Shown here piece after piece: positions 29,893 to 38,698 of a stretch of 52,136 nt of DNA. The stretch comes from a virus. The position numbers were made by a program, and so were the translations under genes. Under the pieces are notes generated by a model that was not told where the DNA came from, did no database searches, and saw nothing but the letters and a program-made list of their open reading frames with translations. How positions within the stretch are numbered: the first letter of the stretch is position 1; each line of letters begins with the position of its first letter. The stretch is taken from positions 1 to 52,136 of the IMG/VR virus record IMGVR_UViG_3300033412_000022; one strand, 5' to 3'.

Positions 29893-32862
29893 TTAATTGT
29901 CCCTCCGATTCCTGTCTATCCGGTCAATCAGCACACCGGGCAGGCCCGCGCTCCCGGACTGCCGCCGATAGTCAATCGGAATGGTGGAGACCACGCCGAC
30001 CGGGATAGCATAGGGAGATGAGGCGGGAGGCGTCGGTTCCGGTTCTGGCTCTGGCTCCTCTGCCTCAACAGTGAAGGTGCGCGTTGCTACAAGCGGCGAA
30101 CCGCCCAGCGGCACAATATTATGGGTGTACCTCAGCGTGATAGAACCGGCGGTCGGTCCAGCGGTCAGCGTCTTTGTGGAGGAGTTGAACGATGCCCCGC
30201 CGCTTGTGTCCGCCGTAATAGCCCATACCCCATCATTGACCGTATCGGCAGGGAAGTAGTCCGCGCGGGAGGGATACCCGCCCATGACAATGGACACCGC
30301 TTTCGTGCCGGATGGCGCGATGGACAACCCGGATGAGGACAAAGCAAGGGTTGCATCTTTTGTGACAAACGGCATGAACCCTACATCGCGGACAAGCCCG
30401 ATGTGCATCCCAACGCCATTTGCATTATGCTCAATGTGAAGAAGGTCCGTATTCAGGTTGTCCCGACCCAGAACGAGGATATTGGTGTTTACCGGGATGA
30501 TCGGGCTGACCTCTCCGACAATTGCCTCCGCGCCGCCCTGACATAACTCTAACCGTCCTGCATTGCAAAGGACAGTCAGGTCCCGGCGCGCCCCGCTGGT
30601 CGTCGTGACCGCGCCTGCCGGAGTTTCCGCGAACGCCGAATCAATCACAAAGTCCCAGTCGCCTCCATTGGCGGTGGAGGTAAGAATATCCCGGACCTGC
30701 TTCGAGCCGTCCGCCTTTGTATCCGTGAGAACCTTGCCCGCAGACGTGCCGTTGATAGTCCCGCCCGTGCCGGTGACCCGGATAGTGGTACCCCCGGTGA
30801 CAGAAACAATATTAGCGGTTCCGAGCGCGCCCGCATCATACCGACCGGACATCTCGCACGAGAACGAATAGTAGTTGTCCGCAAGGAATTGATACCGGAG
30901 GGTAGTGTTGGATTTGACCTGCCCGGTCCAGCCGAATCCGTTGCCGTTGTCGTTGAGGTATGAGTTCGCGTCAAAGCAGTACCACGCCCCGTTCTTGACG
31001 CCCCAGGAATGCGCCTGCTTGAGGAAGCCCTTCGAGTCGTAGGGAATCCAGTCCGCGGAGACATACCCGGATTGACCGAAGCCGCCCGCGTCATCCACGA
31101 CGGTAACATGCGGCCACTCCGTTGGGTCCGCGACCGGGCCCATCTTGCTGGCGATATTGTTGACGAAGCCATCGGCAACCCAGAAGTGCGCGGTGGAGGT
31201 CCCGATAACGAAGAAAGTGGATTTGTTCCTGTATGCTGCAAGCGAGCGGTCGCAGATATAGACCGGAACGATGATGGACTTGGTATTGAAGCCATCGGAA
31301 ACCGTTATCGCGCCGAAAATCGTACCGCTCATTTCATGTGCCGTGTTGCCAGCGGTAATTTTATAGGTTCCCAGGTTGCCCGAACCCAGGGCCGTCACCG
31401 CTGTCATTGCCAGGTTCGGCATGGAGATCGGGTTGACCAGAGCCGTCGCCAGTGTCCCGGTGAAAGTAGCTCGCGTTACATCCAGCCTTCCAATATCGTA
31501 GCCAACACCCTTGAAACAGGTAATCTCGTCACTGTGGGTAGCCAGCGCCGGGGTGAAATTGGAGGGAGACGCATTGGTCACGGCGCTTGCCGCGAACGGC
31601 TCCGCCACAATGTTCGATACTGTACCCTTGATGGCGTCATTGGTCAGGAGGGCGAGTGTTATGCCGGTGTCAACCGACAGGAAGCGCTCCGCCACCGTCA
31701 GCTCGACATCGTTGCCCGAAACCGCCACATTGGTTATGGTTAGCGCGACGCCGTTGCGAATCGCCGCCCATTTTGCAACCGAAGAACTGAGCAGGGTAAG
31801 CGCCACATCGAAAGTAGCCTTAATCTTGTTATGCCCGTTCGCCGTCGAGTTGAAGGTTGTCAGGGCCGTTAGAGCCGGTCCCGCCGTTGCGTTGACGGTT
31901 ATCTGTACCGGGTCGGTGTAGGATACCTTGCTATTGGTCGTGTCGGTGACCTTACACCGCCACCACAGGCCGTTGTCTGCCGGGTATGCCAGCGCGGGCG
32001 TGGTGCTGTTGCCCGTGTTCATCCCGGAAACGTCGGCGTAGACGCCGTTCTGGGTGGCCGAGTTCTGGTATTGGAAGTTCACCGAATGACCGGCGGCCTG
32101 GTCTCCCGCCTGCGCGGTACAGACGAGGTTGACGGTTCCGCCAGCGGCGACAGTAGTGCCGCCCGGCTGAGTGAACGTCAGGATGTTGGGCGAAGTCAGA
32201 TCCCAAAGAATAACGGTCTTGACGACCATCGCCTGAGCCGCGCACGAGAACCCGAAGAGGCCGTCGAACTGGTCGGTGTTCGCGTCCGTCTGGCTCCCCG
32301 TCGTACCGCTCGAACCGGAGACGATGGTGCCGAGGGGTTGTTCAATCCAGTGGTTATACGTTCGGGAACCGCCCGACCCGACGCGCTCCAGGATTCGGCA
32401 GAAATCCTGTCCGGAGACAACAGGTTGTGCCGTCGCGGGCTGCGCGTTGAGGACGCCTGAAGCAGTCCCGGAGGTGGATGTCGTAAATGCGGAACGGCGC
32501 GTCACCCGTTCCTTTTGCGTCTGGTCATTGGCGGTGAGATAGAAAAGTCCCCAGCCTTGCGTGCCGTTCCAGGACAGGCTGGCGCTGACGCAGGGGAGTT
32601 GGCCGGTCGTTGTCAGTGTCGCCCCCGCGGTGAACACGACTCCTAAGCGGGCGTTCGCGACGTTGGAACCTGTAATCGCAATGACATCGCTGACGTGCGC
32701 GTGTGTCGCGCCCGCGGCGAGCGTTAAAACGCCACCGGACTCGGTGAGGGTTCTCGCCGCCGTCCCCGTGAGGTGTACGAAGGCCGCCGGAGGGCTACCA
32801 CCACTGAATGGGGTCGTTGTCCCCGCGCCCCACTGTAATAATCTATTGTGTCCAAGTGGCAT
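29893..32862 (-). CDS. Very large (about 989 aa) head-module protein with Ig-like segments; candidate capsid fibre or decoration protein
   Basis: ATG 32862 follows GGAGACCAAA. Thr/Ser/Gly-rich and beta-rich, with a segment ...GLWWRCKVTDTTNSKVSYTDPVQITV typical of Ig-like domains. Lies between the capsid and connector genes. Confidence 0.6.
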   Translation of the reverse strand: MPLGHNRLLQWGAGTTTPFSGGSPPAAFVHLTGTAARTLTESGGVLTLAAGATHAHVSDVIAITGSNVANARLGVVFTAGATLTTTGQLPCVSASLSWNGTQGWGLFYLTANDQTQKERVTRRSAFTTSTSGTASGVLNAQPATAQPVVSGQDFCRILERVGSGGSRTYNHWIEQPLGTIVSGSSGTTGSQTDANTDQFDGLFGFSCAAQAMVVKTVILWDLTSPNILTFTQPGGTTVAAGGTVNLVCTAQAGDQAAGHSVNFQYQNSATQNGVYADVSGMNTGNSTTPALAYPADNGLWWRCKVTDTTNSKVSYTDPVQITVNATAGPALTALTTFNSTANGHNKIKATFDVALTLLSSSVAKWAAIRNGVALTITNVAVSGNDVELTVAERFLSVDTGITLALLTNDAIKGTVSNIVAEPFAASAVTNASPSNFTPALATHSDEITCFKGVGYDIGRLDVTRATFTGTLATALVNPISMPNLAMTAVTALGSGNLGTYKITAGNTAHEMSGTIFGAITVSDGFNTKSIIVPVYICDRSLAAYRNKSTFFVIGTSTAHFWVADGFVNNIASKMGPVADPTEWPHVTVVDDAGGFGQSGYVSADWIPYDSKGFLKQAHSWGVKNGAWYCFDANSYLNDNGNGFGWTGQVKSNTTLRYQFLADNYYSFSCEMSGRYDAGALGTANIVSVTGGTTIRVTGTGGTINGTSAGKVLTDTKADGSKQVRDILTSTANGGDWDFVIDSAFAETPAGAVTTTSGARRDLTVLCNAGRLELCQGGAEAIVGEVSPIIPVNTNILVLGRDNLNTDLLHIEHNANGVGMHIGLVRDVGFMPFVTKDATLALSSSGLSIAPSGTKAVSIVMGGYPSRADYFPADTVNDGVWAITADTSGGASFNSSTKTLTAGPTAGSITLRYTHNIVPLGGSPLVATRTFTVEAEEPEPEPEPTPPASSPYAIPVGVVSTIPIDYRRQSGSAGLPGVLIDRIDRNRRDN

Positions 32863-32877
32863 TTTGGTCTCCAAAGC

Positions 32878-32909
32878 AGACAGGGACGCTTAACCAAGCG
32901 TCCCTGTCT
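32878..32909 (-). promoter_or_regulatory. Perfect 14-bp stem-loop upstream of the 989-aa gene
   Basis: AGACAGGGACGCTT-aacc-AAGCGTCCCTGTCT. Confidence 0.6.
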
Positions 32910-32928
32910 CGTTGCCGCGCCCGGTTTC

Positions 32929-33759
32929 TTACTTGTCTGACAGACGCAGCAGAATAGCGTCCGCGGCCTTGTCGCCGATGCCGGGGAGTTCCATGAGGGT
33001 ATTCCGGTCAGTCGGCACGGCTTCCAATGTCGTGATGCCATTGGCTTCCAGCTTTTGTTTCGCCGGGAAGTCCGCGGGCAGCGGGTTGACGCTCTGTCGC
33101 TCTTCGCTGGTCTCTTCCGGCTGCGGCGACTGCTCGCCCTGGCCTTCGGCTGCTTCTGGCTGGGATTCACCGACTGTCTCTGCTGGAGGAGGGGTTTCGG
33201 AAGCGTTACCTGATGTTGCTTTCTCTGGCTCGCCCTCTGCGGGTTGGGCCTCCGGCGCGGTTTCGGGCTGCGTGGATTCGTTCAGCAGGTGCGTGACCTG
33301 CTCGTTCACCCCGTCCCGGAAGGCGGCCAGTTCCCGGCGAGCGTACTGATCCGGTGTCTCGCCGTTTAGCGCGCCCGGGTTATCCTCGGCGAATTGCTTT
33401 ATGGCATCGAGAGACAGCACGACCGCAGGCGGCCAGGGCGCGCTCCGTTGTGTAAACTCCTTCAGGTCCTGATGTTCCCGGCGGAGCACATCATAATTTC
33501 TTTCAAGATTGCCGAGGAAGGTCCGCAGGTCCGTGTTTTCCTGCATCAGGCGGTCACGCTCCGCAGTTATAACGGCTACATCAGCATCTGCTTTGACGGA
33601 CTCTTTGCTGGCCTCCGGCACGGCCTTCTGAGCGACAAGCGCGCCGTAGGCAACATCCAGGTCCTTCACGGTCGAGACGAACCGGCCATTCACCTTGACC
33701 GATTCGCCCGCCTCGACGATAGCCCGCTTCGCCTTGTAATCCGGGTCATTTTCAAACAT
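32929..33759 (-). CDS. Coiled-coil, acidic protein with a C-terminal helix-hairpin-helix
   Basis: LMELPGIGDKAADAILLRL is an HhH-like motif. AAGGAGGAA SD before ATG 33759. Confidence 0.55.
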   Translation of the reverse strand: MFENDPDYKAKRAIVEAGESVKVNGRFVSTVKDLDVAYGALVAQKAVPEASKESVKADADVAVITAERDRLMQENTDLRTFLGNLERNYDVLRREHQDLKEFTQRSAPWPPAVVLSLDAIKQFAEDNPGALNGETPDQYARRELAAFRDGVNEQVTHLLNESTQPETAPEAQPAEGEPEKATSGNASETPPPAETVGESQPEAAEGQGEQSPQPEETSEERQSVNPLPADFPAKQKLEANGITTLEAVPTDRNTLMELPGIGDKAADAILLRLSDK

Positions 33760-33794
33760 GGTTTTGTTCCTCCTTAAAAGGTTGGCCGCGAGAA

Positions 33795-34898
33795 TCAGGC
33801 GGTGACGCGCAGGCGGGCGGAGTGCGCTTCCATGTGCTTGCGGGGGAAGCCGGAAGCGACAGACCAGAGGTTCAGCCCCGGCGGGTTGCCCTGCGGGTCG
33901 GCGGCGGTGGCATAGGAGAAGGGTCCGTACGGGCCGCCCTCCGGAGTTCCGATCATGCTCGGCACCATGCCCGGCATGGCTTCCTCGACCTCCGCGTTGG
34001 CGAAGTCGAAGACGCCGGTATCCCCGTCGTCGGCTGTGGAGGTCAGGAGGACATCCCGTTCCGGCAGGTTGCGGCGCGACTGGATCGAGGCGTCGTTCTC
34101 CTCCGTGAAGTACATGGTGTCATCAATGTCGATCGTGGGGAGACCGGTCACCCGCTGCGCGAGCGTCATCATCTCGCCGCTGTTGTTGTAGGGCAGGTCA
34201 ATCGTGGAGGCGGAACCCAACGCGAAGAGGGACTTCGCCAGGTTGATGAACTCGGTGGTCCGAATCATGTAGTCAAAGGCCACCTGGGACATTTCCGCCC
34301 GGTTGAGTTCCACGCCGTACTTGACGCGCGCCGTTTTGCGAATGGAGTTGAGGTCATCCACCGGCGTTGCTGTGGTCGGCGCGCTCCACAGGTCCGCGCC
34401 CGTCAGGGTTACCTTGAGGTCAGAGGGCATACCCCAGGTGGAGTCAAAGTGGATGCCGTTCTTGTGCCAGTGGAACTCATCCAGAAGCATCCCGTACATA
34501 AGCACGTTCATCGTGGTCCAGACGCCCTGCGTGAGGTCCGTGGTCTTCATGCCCACGCGCCCGATGAACATATCCCGCTCCTGGGTGCGGACCATATTGT
34601 CCTCAATGCGGCGAAGGAGGCGGATCTCCTCGCGGTTGAAGCTGTAGCCATGCTTCAGGATGGGCAGGATGTTCTGCTGGAGTTCGACTTCCGGCAAAGC
34701 CCGCATGGGCGCTTTCGCGTCCTTTGCGATAATGTCCGCAGCCAGGATGCGACCGCGGAACCGGGCGAAGATCTCCCCGTCCATCGCGGGAATAATCGGA
34801 TAGCGATTTATCATCTTCAGCCGGGCCGGGTACTGGCGGACATCCACCAGGCGATCCGTCACGCGCTGAATGTTGCGTTGTGCAAGCAAATCAAACAT
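33795..34898 (-). CDS. Major capsid protein, lambda gpE-like
   Basis: ATG 34898 follows GGAGGA. About 367 aa. Gene order portal - S49 protease - scaffold - decoration - capsid mirrors lambda B-C-Nu3-D-E. Confidence 0.7.
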   Translation of the reverse strand: MFDLLAQRNIQRVTDRLVDVRQYPARLKMINRYPIIPAMDGEIFARFRGRILAADIIAKDAKAPMRALPEVELQQNILPILKHGYSFNREEIRLLRRIEDNMVRTQERDMFIGRVGMKTTDLTQGVWTTMNVLMYGMLLDEFHWHKNGIHFDSTWGMPSDLKVTLTGADLWSAPTTATPVDDLNSIRKTARVKYGVELNRAEMSQVAFDYMIRTTEFINLAKSLFALGSASTIDLPYNNSGEMMTLAQRVTGLPTIDIDDTMYFTEENDASIQSRRNLPERDVLLTSTADDGDTGVFDFANAEVEEAMPGMVPSMIGTPEGGPYGPFSYATAADPQGNPPGLNLWSVASGFPRKHMEAHSARLRVTA

Positions 34899-34913
34899 GG
34901 TTTCCTCCACAAA

Positions 34914-34943
34914 GCAGGGCAGTAGGATGCCCTACTGCCCTGC
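34914..34943 (-). promoter_or_regulatory. Perfect 13-bp stem-loop just upstream of the capsid gene
   Basis: GCAGGGCAGTAGG-atgc-CCTACTGCCCTGC. On the minus strand it is followed by TTTGTGGAGGAAACC-ATG. Confidence 0.6.
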
Positions 34944-35010
34944 CGTGTTCATTCGATGAAGTTGTGTGCCTGGAGTTGAGCCGGGTGGCATCCGCCCCGA
35001 TGGTAGTTGG

Positions 35011-35763
35011 TTAGTTCCCCGCCGCCTGAATCTGCGGGAAAGCAGTGAGGATGTTGGCCCACGAGGGGTTTGTCGCTATGTCCGTAATGCGGGATTTATA
35101 GACGATTCCGCCATAAATCACATCGGGATGGTCGCTCTCCTCGTAGGACTGCAGGACCGTCTTGTTGAGGATGTAGCACTCGCCGCGCGTGAGGGTCTGC
35201 CGACCATCCGTAGCGCCGGAAGCGTACGCTCCGTACTTCTCCCCGCCAACAACGCCCTGGGTGCTGGTGGCGATGGAGACCAGCGTCGCGCCGGTCAGTG
35301 AGGCGGAATCCACCGTGACCGCCGCGATGTTGCCCAGATTCCCGGCAAAGGTCAGGGTATAGACAAAGCCCACCTTAGTGACCGTTACGCCGCCGAATCC
35401 GATATTGCTAAGCGCCTGCAGCGCGGCCTGCACCGTGGCTGCCGAAGCGTCCCAGGCGAGCGCGCCGGTAGTCTGACCCAGCGCCGTGATTGTCCAGGTG
35501 CCCGCAGTCGGGTCGTTGCCTCCGGAGAGGTCAATGGTCTGGATTTCGACCTGAGTGATCTTGGTGAGGATCGTCCCATACCGGGCGTATTTGTCGCCCG
35601 TCTTGACGACGGTTCCATCTTCCAGGGTCGTGTCCGCAACCGCCGCCGTGAAGACCGACCAGTCCAGGGTAATCCCGGCCATCGGGCGGAGCGGTGTGCC
35701 ATCGGCGGAAACCTTGACATTGCGCCCGCCGGTGGCGATAGAAGTTGTGCCGAAACTGCTCAT
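35011..35763 (-). CDS. Head decoration protein (gpD position), 250 aa
   Basis: Position directly upstream of the capsid gene; beta-rich, Thr/Gly/Ala-rich. Confidence 0.45.
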   Translation of the reverse strand: MSSFGTTSIATGGRNVKVSADGTPLRPMAGITLDWSVFTAAVADTTLEDGTVVKTGDKYARYGTILTKITQVEIQTIDLSGGNDPTAGTWTITALGQTTGALAWDASAATVQAALQALSNIGFGGVTVTKVGFVYTLTFAGNLGNIAAVTVDSASLTGATLVSIATSTQGVVGGEKYGAYASGATDGRQTLTRGECYILNKTVLQSYEESDHPDVIYGGIVYKSRITDIATNPSWANILTAFPQIQAAGN

Positions 35764-36320
35764 TTTCCACCACCATTCTGCGCGCTTACCCGCGCCGCCG
35801 CGTTCTCGCCTGCCTTATCCCAGGCAGCCTCTTCGGACCCCTCCGCAGGCTCCGCGCCGTTACCACCGGCAGGAGTGGTGCCTGCGGGCCGTGTCTGGCG
35901 GGCATTCGCCCTGCCTGCTCCGGGCGCGCCATCGAGATAGGTCTTCGTCATGGCATCCAGCATGGAGAGGTCTCCCATGCCGTCAATGACCTTCTCCGCC
36001 GCCGTAATCGCTGCCGGATTGCTCTGGCCGAAGAAAGCGACGGCAGCGGCTTTCGCCTTCGTCCGTTTCTCGGTCAGCGCGCCCATTGCCACACCCTGCA
36101 TTTCCGTAAAGGCGGAGGCGGTCTGTATCCCCGCGCCCTTAACCGCTGCAAGCAGAGCGCGATCACTGGCGGAAATCTCCTGCCGGTTGCCTGCTCCTTT
36201 AGCAGCAGGCTGCTCGCCCTCACTGTCATCCGCAGGGGGAATCTCAACCTCGTCGGTTGCCCCTTCCTGCTCCTCTGCCGTTGCGCCCGCGCGGGCGCGC
36301 TTATCCCACCATGCTCTCAT
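35760..36320 (-). CDS. Scaffolding protein (assigned by position)
   Basis: 186 aa, Ala/Glu-rich; lies between the protease and decoration genes. Confidence 0.45.
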   Translation of the reverse strand: MRAWWDKRARAGATAEEQEGATDEVEIPPADDSEGEQPAAKGAGNRQEISASDRALLAAVKGAGIQTASAFTEMQGVAMGALTEKRTKAKAAAVAFFGQSNPAAITAAEKVIDGMGDLSMLDAMTKTYLDGAPGAGRANARQTRPAGTTPAGGNGAEPAEGSEEAAWDKAGENAAARVSAQNGGGK

Positions 36321-36342
36321 GGGTTTTCCTTTCGCCCGAACG

Positions 36343-37272
36343 CTATGCGGGCCGGTACGTTTTGAGTTTGGATATGACGTTATCGAGGGTCGTCACCCCG
36401 TCAATGAGGCCGCTGTCTCTGGCCTTTTCCGCGAAGAAAACTTTGCCGTCGGCGAGCGGGGCGAGCGCGTCGGCGCTCATGGACCTGCCCCGCATGACGG
36501 CGGAACGGAACTGCCGACCATAGCCGGAGACGATCTCCTGCCAGTGGGCTTTCTGCGCGTCGGTGATAGGCGTTCCCGGCGCGCCCGCGCCCTTCATGTC
36601 GCCATCGCGAATGACGTGGACGGCGATCCCTTCCTGCTCCGCCATCTGAGAGAGATCGTAGACCACCATGAACACGCCGATAGAGCCAACCAGAGCAGAC
36701 CGGTTGGCGTAGATGGCATTGGCCTGGGAAGCCACGTAGTACGCGGCGGAGGCGCATAGGTCATCACAGAACGCATAGAGCGGCTTGACCTTGGCGAACG
36801 CGGCGACATCGGCGGCCAGTTCCGCAGTTCCGGCGACAGACCCGCCGGGGGAGTCAATGACCAGCACGCCTGCGGTGACATCCGGGTCTGCCTTCGCCCT
36901 GCGAATAGACCGGCGCATCCCTACCGTCCCTGCGCTGTCATCCCAACTGGACGGCTCTTTCATCATCTCGCCGTTTAGCTCGAAGATGGCGACGCCTCCA
37001 TCCATCTGGTAGGGCTTGCGCCTGCGTCCCGCGCCGTTCGGATCGCCGTAGTCCCATCCATCCTGTCCCTCCGAACCGACAAAGAGGCCCATTCGGAGCG
37101 GCTGACGCTCCCCGGCATTAACAGCTCCCTGATACGCGGCAACGTGCGCGGCGGTATCCGTCTGGCTAAGCGTGTGGAACGCCGCCCGGCCCCTATCGGG
37201 TTCGATGGCCCAGATAGCCCCGAACCGCAGGAGCATCGAGGCAAGGCTACTGCTTTTGGCGGTTAGTATCAT
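36343..37272 (-). CDS. S49 (SppA/ClpP-fold) head maturation protease
   Basis: VLVIDSPGGSVAGT and CASAAYYVASQANAIYA motifs. The start is uncertain (ATG 37272 or 37236). Confidence 0.8.
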   Translation of the reverse strand: MILTAKSSSLASMLLRFGAIWAIEPDRGRAAFHTLSQTDTAAHVAAYQGAVNAGERQPLRMGLFVGSEGQDGWDYGDPNGAGRRRKPYQMDGGVAIFELNGEMMKEPSSWDDSAGTVGMRRSIRRAKADPDVTAGVLVIDSPGGSVAGTAELAADVAAFAKVKPLYAFCDDLCASAAYYVASQANAIYANRSALVGSIGVFMVVYDLSQMAEQEGIAVHVIRDGDMKGAGAPGTPITDAQKAHWQEIVSGYGRQFRSAVMRGRSMSADALAPLADGKVFFAEKARDSGLIDGVTTLDNVISKLKTYRPA

Positions 37273-38698
37273 TGTTGTTCTGGTCCTCTCGCTCCGGGTC
37301 GTTCGGATCGGCGTCGTCTTCGGGGTCGGTATCGTCTTTCGGGCGGCCAACCGGCGCGCTCCCCGTGTGCTTCACGGAGGCGTCTTCCTCGGTTATCCAG
37401 CCGCGGTCCACCTTCTGGATAGTGGTTTCCACTTCGATCTGCTCCGCCTCCGCCTCGGCCTTGCGGTCCGCCGGGAGGATAGGCGCTTCCTCCACTTTCG
37501 CGGTTCGGTTCAGTCCGAGGAGCCGGAGATGGAGATTGGATGCCCATACCACCGCGTAGTTGACGGCGAACCGCAGGAAGGAGTATTTCTGCGCCTGGGT
37601 CCGCATCTGATGCTGGGTGTACGCCTGTGTTCCGCCGTCCGTGATGCCGAGCATGGCGGGGAACTGATCGAGACCCATGACCATCCGGTGGCGGCGCATC
37701 TTGAGGATAGGCTCCAGCGCGTCCAGACCCGCGCCGCCTTCCAGCACTTTCCCATCTCCGCCCTTCGGGACAACGATAGGGTCATCCGGGTTGACTGTTT
37801 CGAGGAGGGTGCAGAAGTTATCGAACTCCTGTTGCGCGAACTCGTAGGGAGTGAGATTCTCGCCGCCCGGCCCCGCCCCTTTCAGGATGTCCGGATTGTC
37901 CTTGGCGTATTGAACGGTCTCCGTAAACGGAAAGTAGAACAGTTCGTGCGGGTATGCCCACCCCCGCAGGATGTCCGAGAGGTTCATCTCCTGCGCCAGG
38001 TCTTTGAGCCCCTCGGAGAGGAACGCGCTGGCAAGCGGCTCGCCATACGGGTTGTCCTCGTCGCCATCAATCGCGCAGGCCAGCACCGTCTCCGGGTCCA
38101 GGTCCTCGGTATTACCCCACTGCTTGAGTTTGCGCCCTTCCTCGGTGTCCACATAGTCCGCGGAGAGCGGTTCCCAGATAACCACCTTCGCGACGCCTTC
38201 CAGCGGATTGCCGGGTATACACTCGGCGCAAAGCAATCCTTTCGCGCTCGCCTGACGGGTCAGGGAACGCTGGAAGGCGGGCAGTCCGCCGGGGTATCCT
38301 TCCCAGAAGGTTTTCAGGAGGTCGGTAGCTACGGAGTCCGTCTCCTCAACGACTTCGGGTTTGCCGTTTGTTCCAATCCGGGTGATGGTCTCAACGGCGG
38401 TCAGGGAAATGTCCGGCGGCGCGAAGGACAGGGACTTGTCGTTACTGAGCGCCATCTTCGCCATGGAGTGAATGGTAAAGAGCAGGTCCAGCAGTTGGAG
38501 CGGCGCTCTGCGGTAGAAGTTCTGGAGTCCCGTTACAGGCGTGCGCTCCGCTTCCCCGATAAGGCGCGCGGTCATGGCGTCCCAGCCGCGGCGCGGCACA
38601 ATGCCGATGCCTTTGGGGTAGCCATATTCCGGGCGAGTGAGGCGGGTAATCCCTTTCTTAGCCATAGTTAGCGTTTCGCGCGGATGCCACCGGCTCAA
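37247..38698 (-). CDS. Portal protein
   Basis: About 470-480 aa, between terL and the protease, with an acidic C-terminus. The start is either TTG 38698 (TTGA overlap with the terL stop) or ATG 38665. Confidence 0.75.
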   Translation of the reverse strand: MSRWHPRETLTMAKKGITRLTRPEYGYPKGIGIVPRRGWDAMTARLIGEAERTPVTGLQNFYRRAPLQLLDLLFTIHSMAKMALSNDKSLSFAPPDISLTAVETITRIGTNGKPEVVEETDSVATDLLKTFWEGYPGGLPAFQRSLTRQASAKGLLCAECIPGNPLEGVAKVVIWEPLSADYVDTEEGRKLKQWGNTEDLDPETVLACAIDGDEDNPYGEPLASAFLSEGLKDLAQEMNLSDILRGWAYPHELFYFPFTETVQYAKDNPDILKGAGPGGENLTPYEFAQQEFDNFCTLLETVNPDDPIVVPKGGDGKVLEGGAGLDALEPILKMRRHRMVMGLDQFPAMLGITDGGTQAYTQHQMRTQAQKYSFLRFAVNYAVVWASNLHLRLLGLNRTAKVEEAPILPADRKAEAEAEQIEVETTIQKVDRGWITEEDASVKHTGSAPVGRPKDDTDPEDDADPNDPEREDQNNNDTNRQKQ

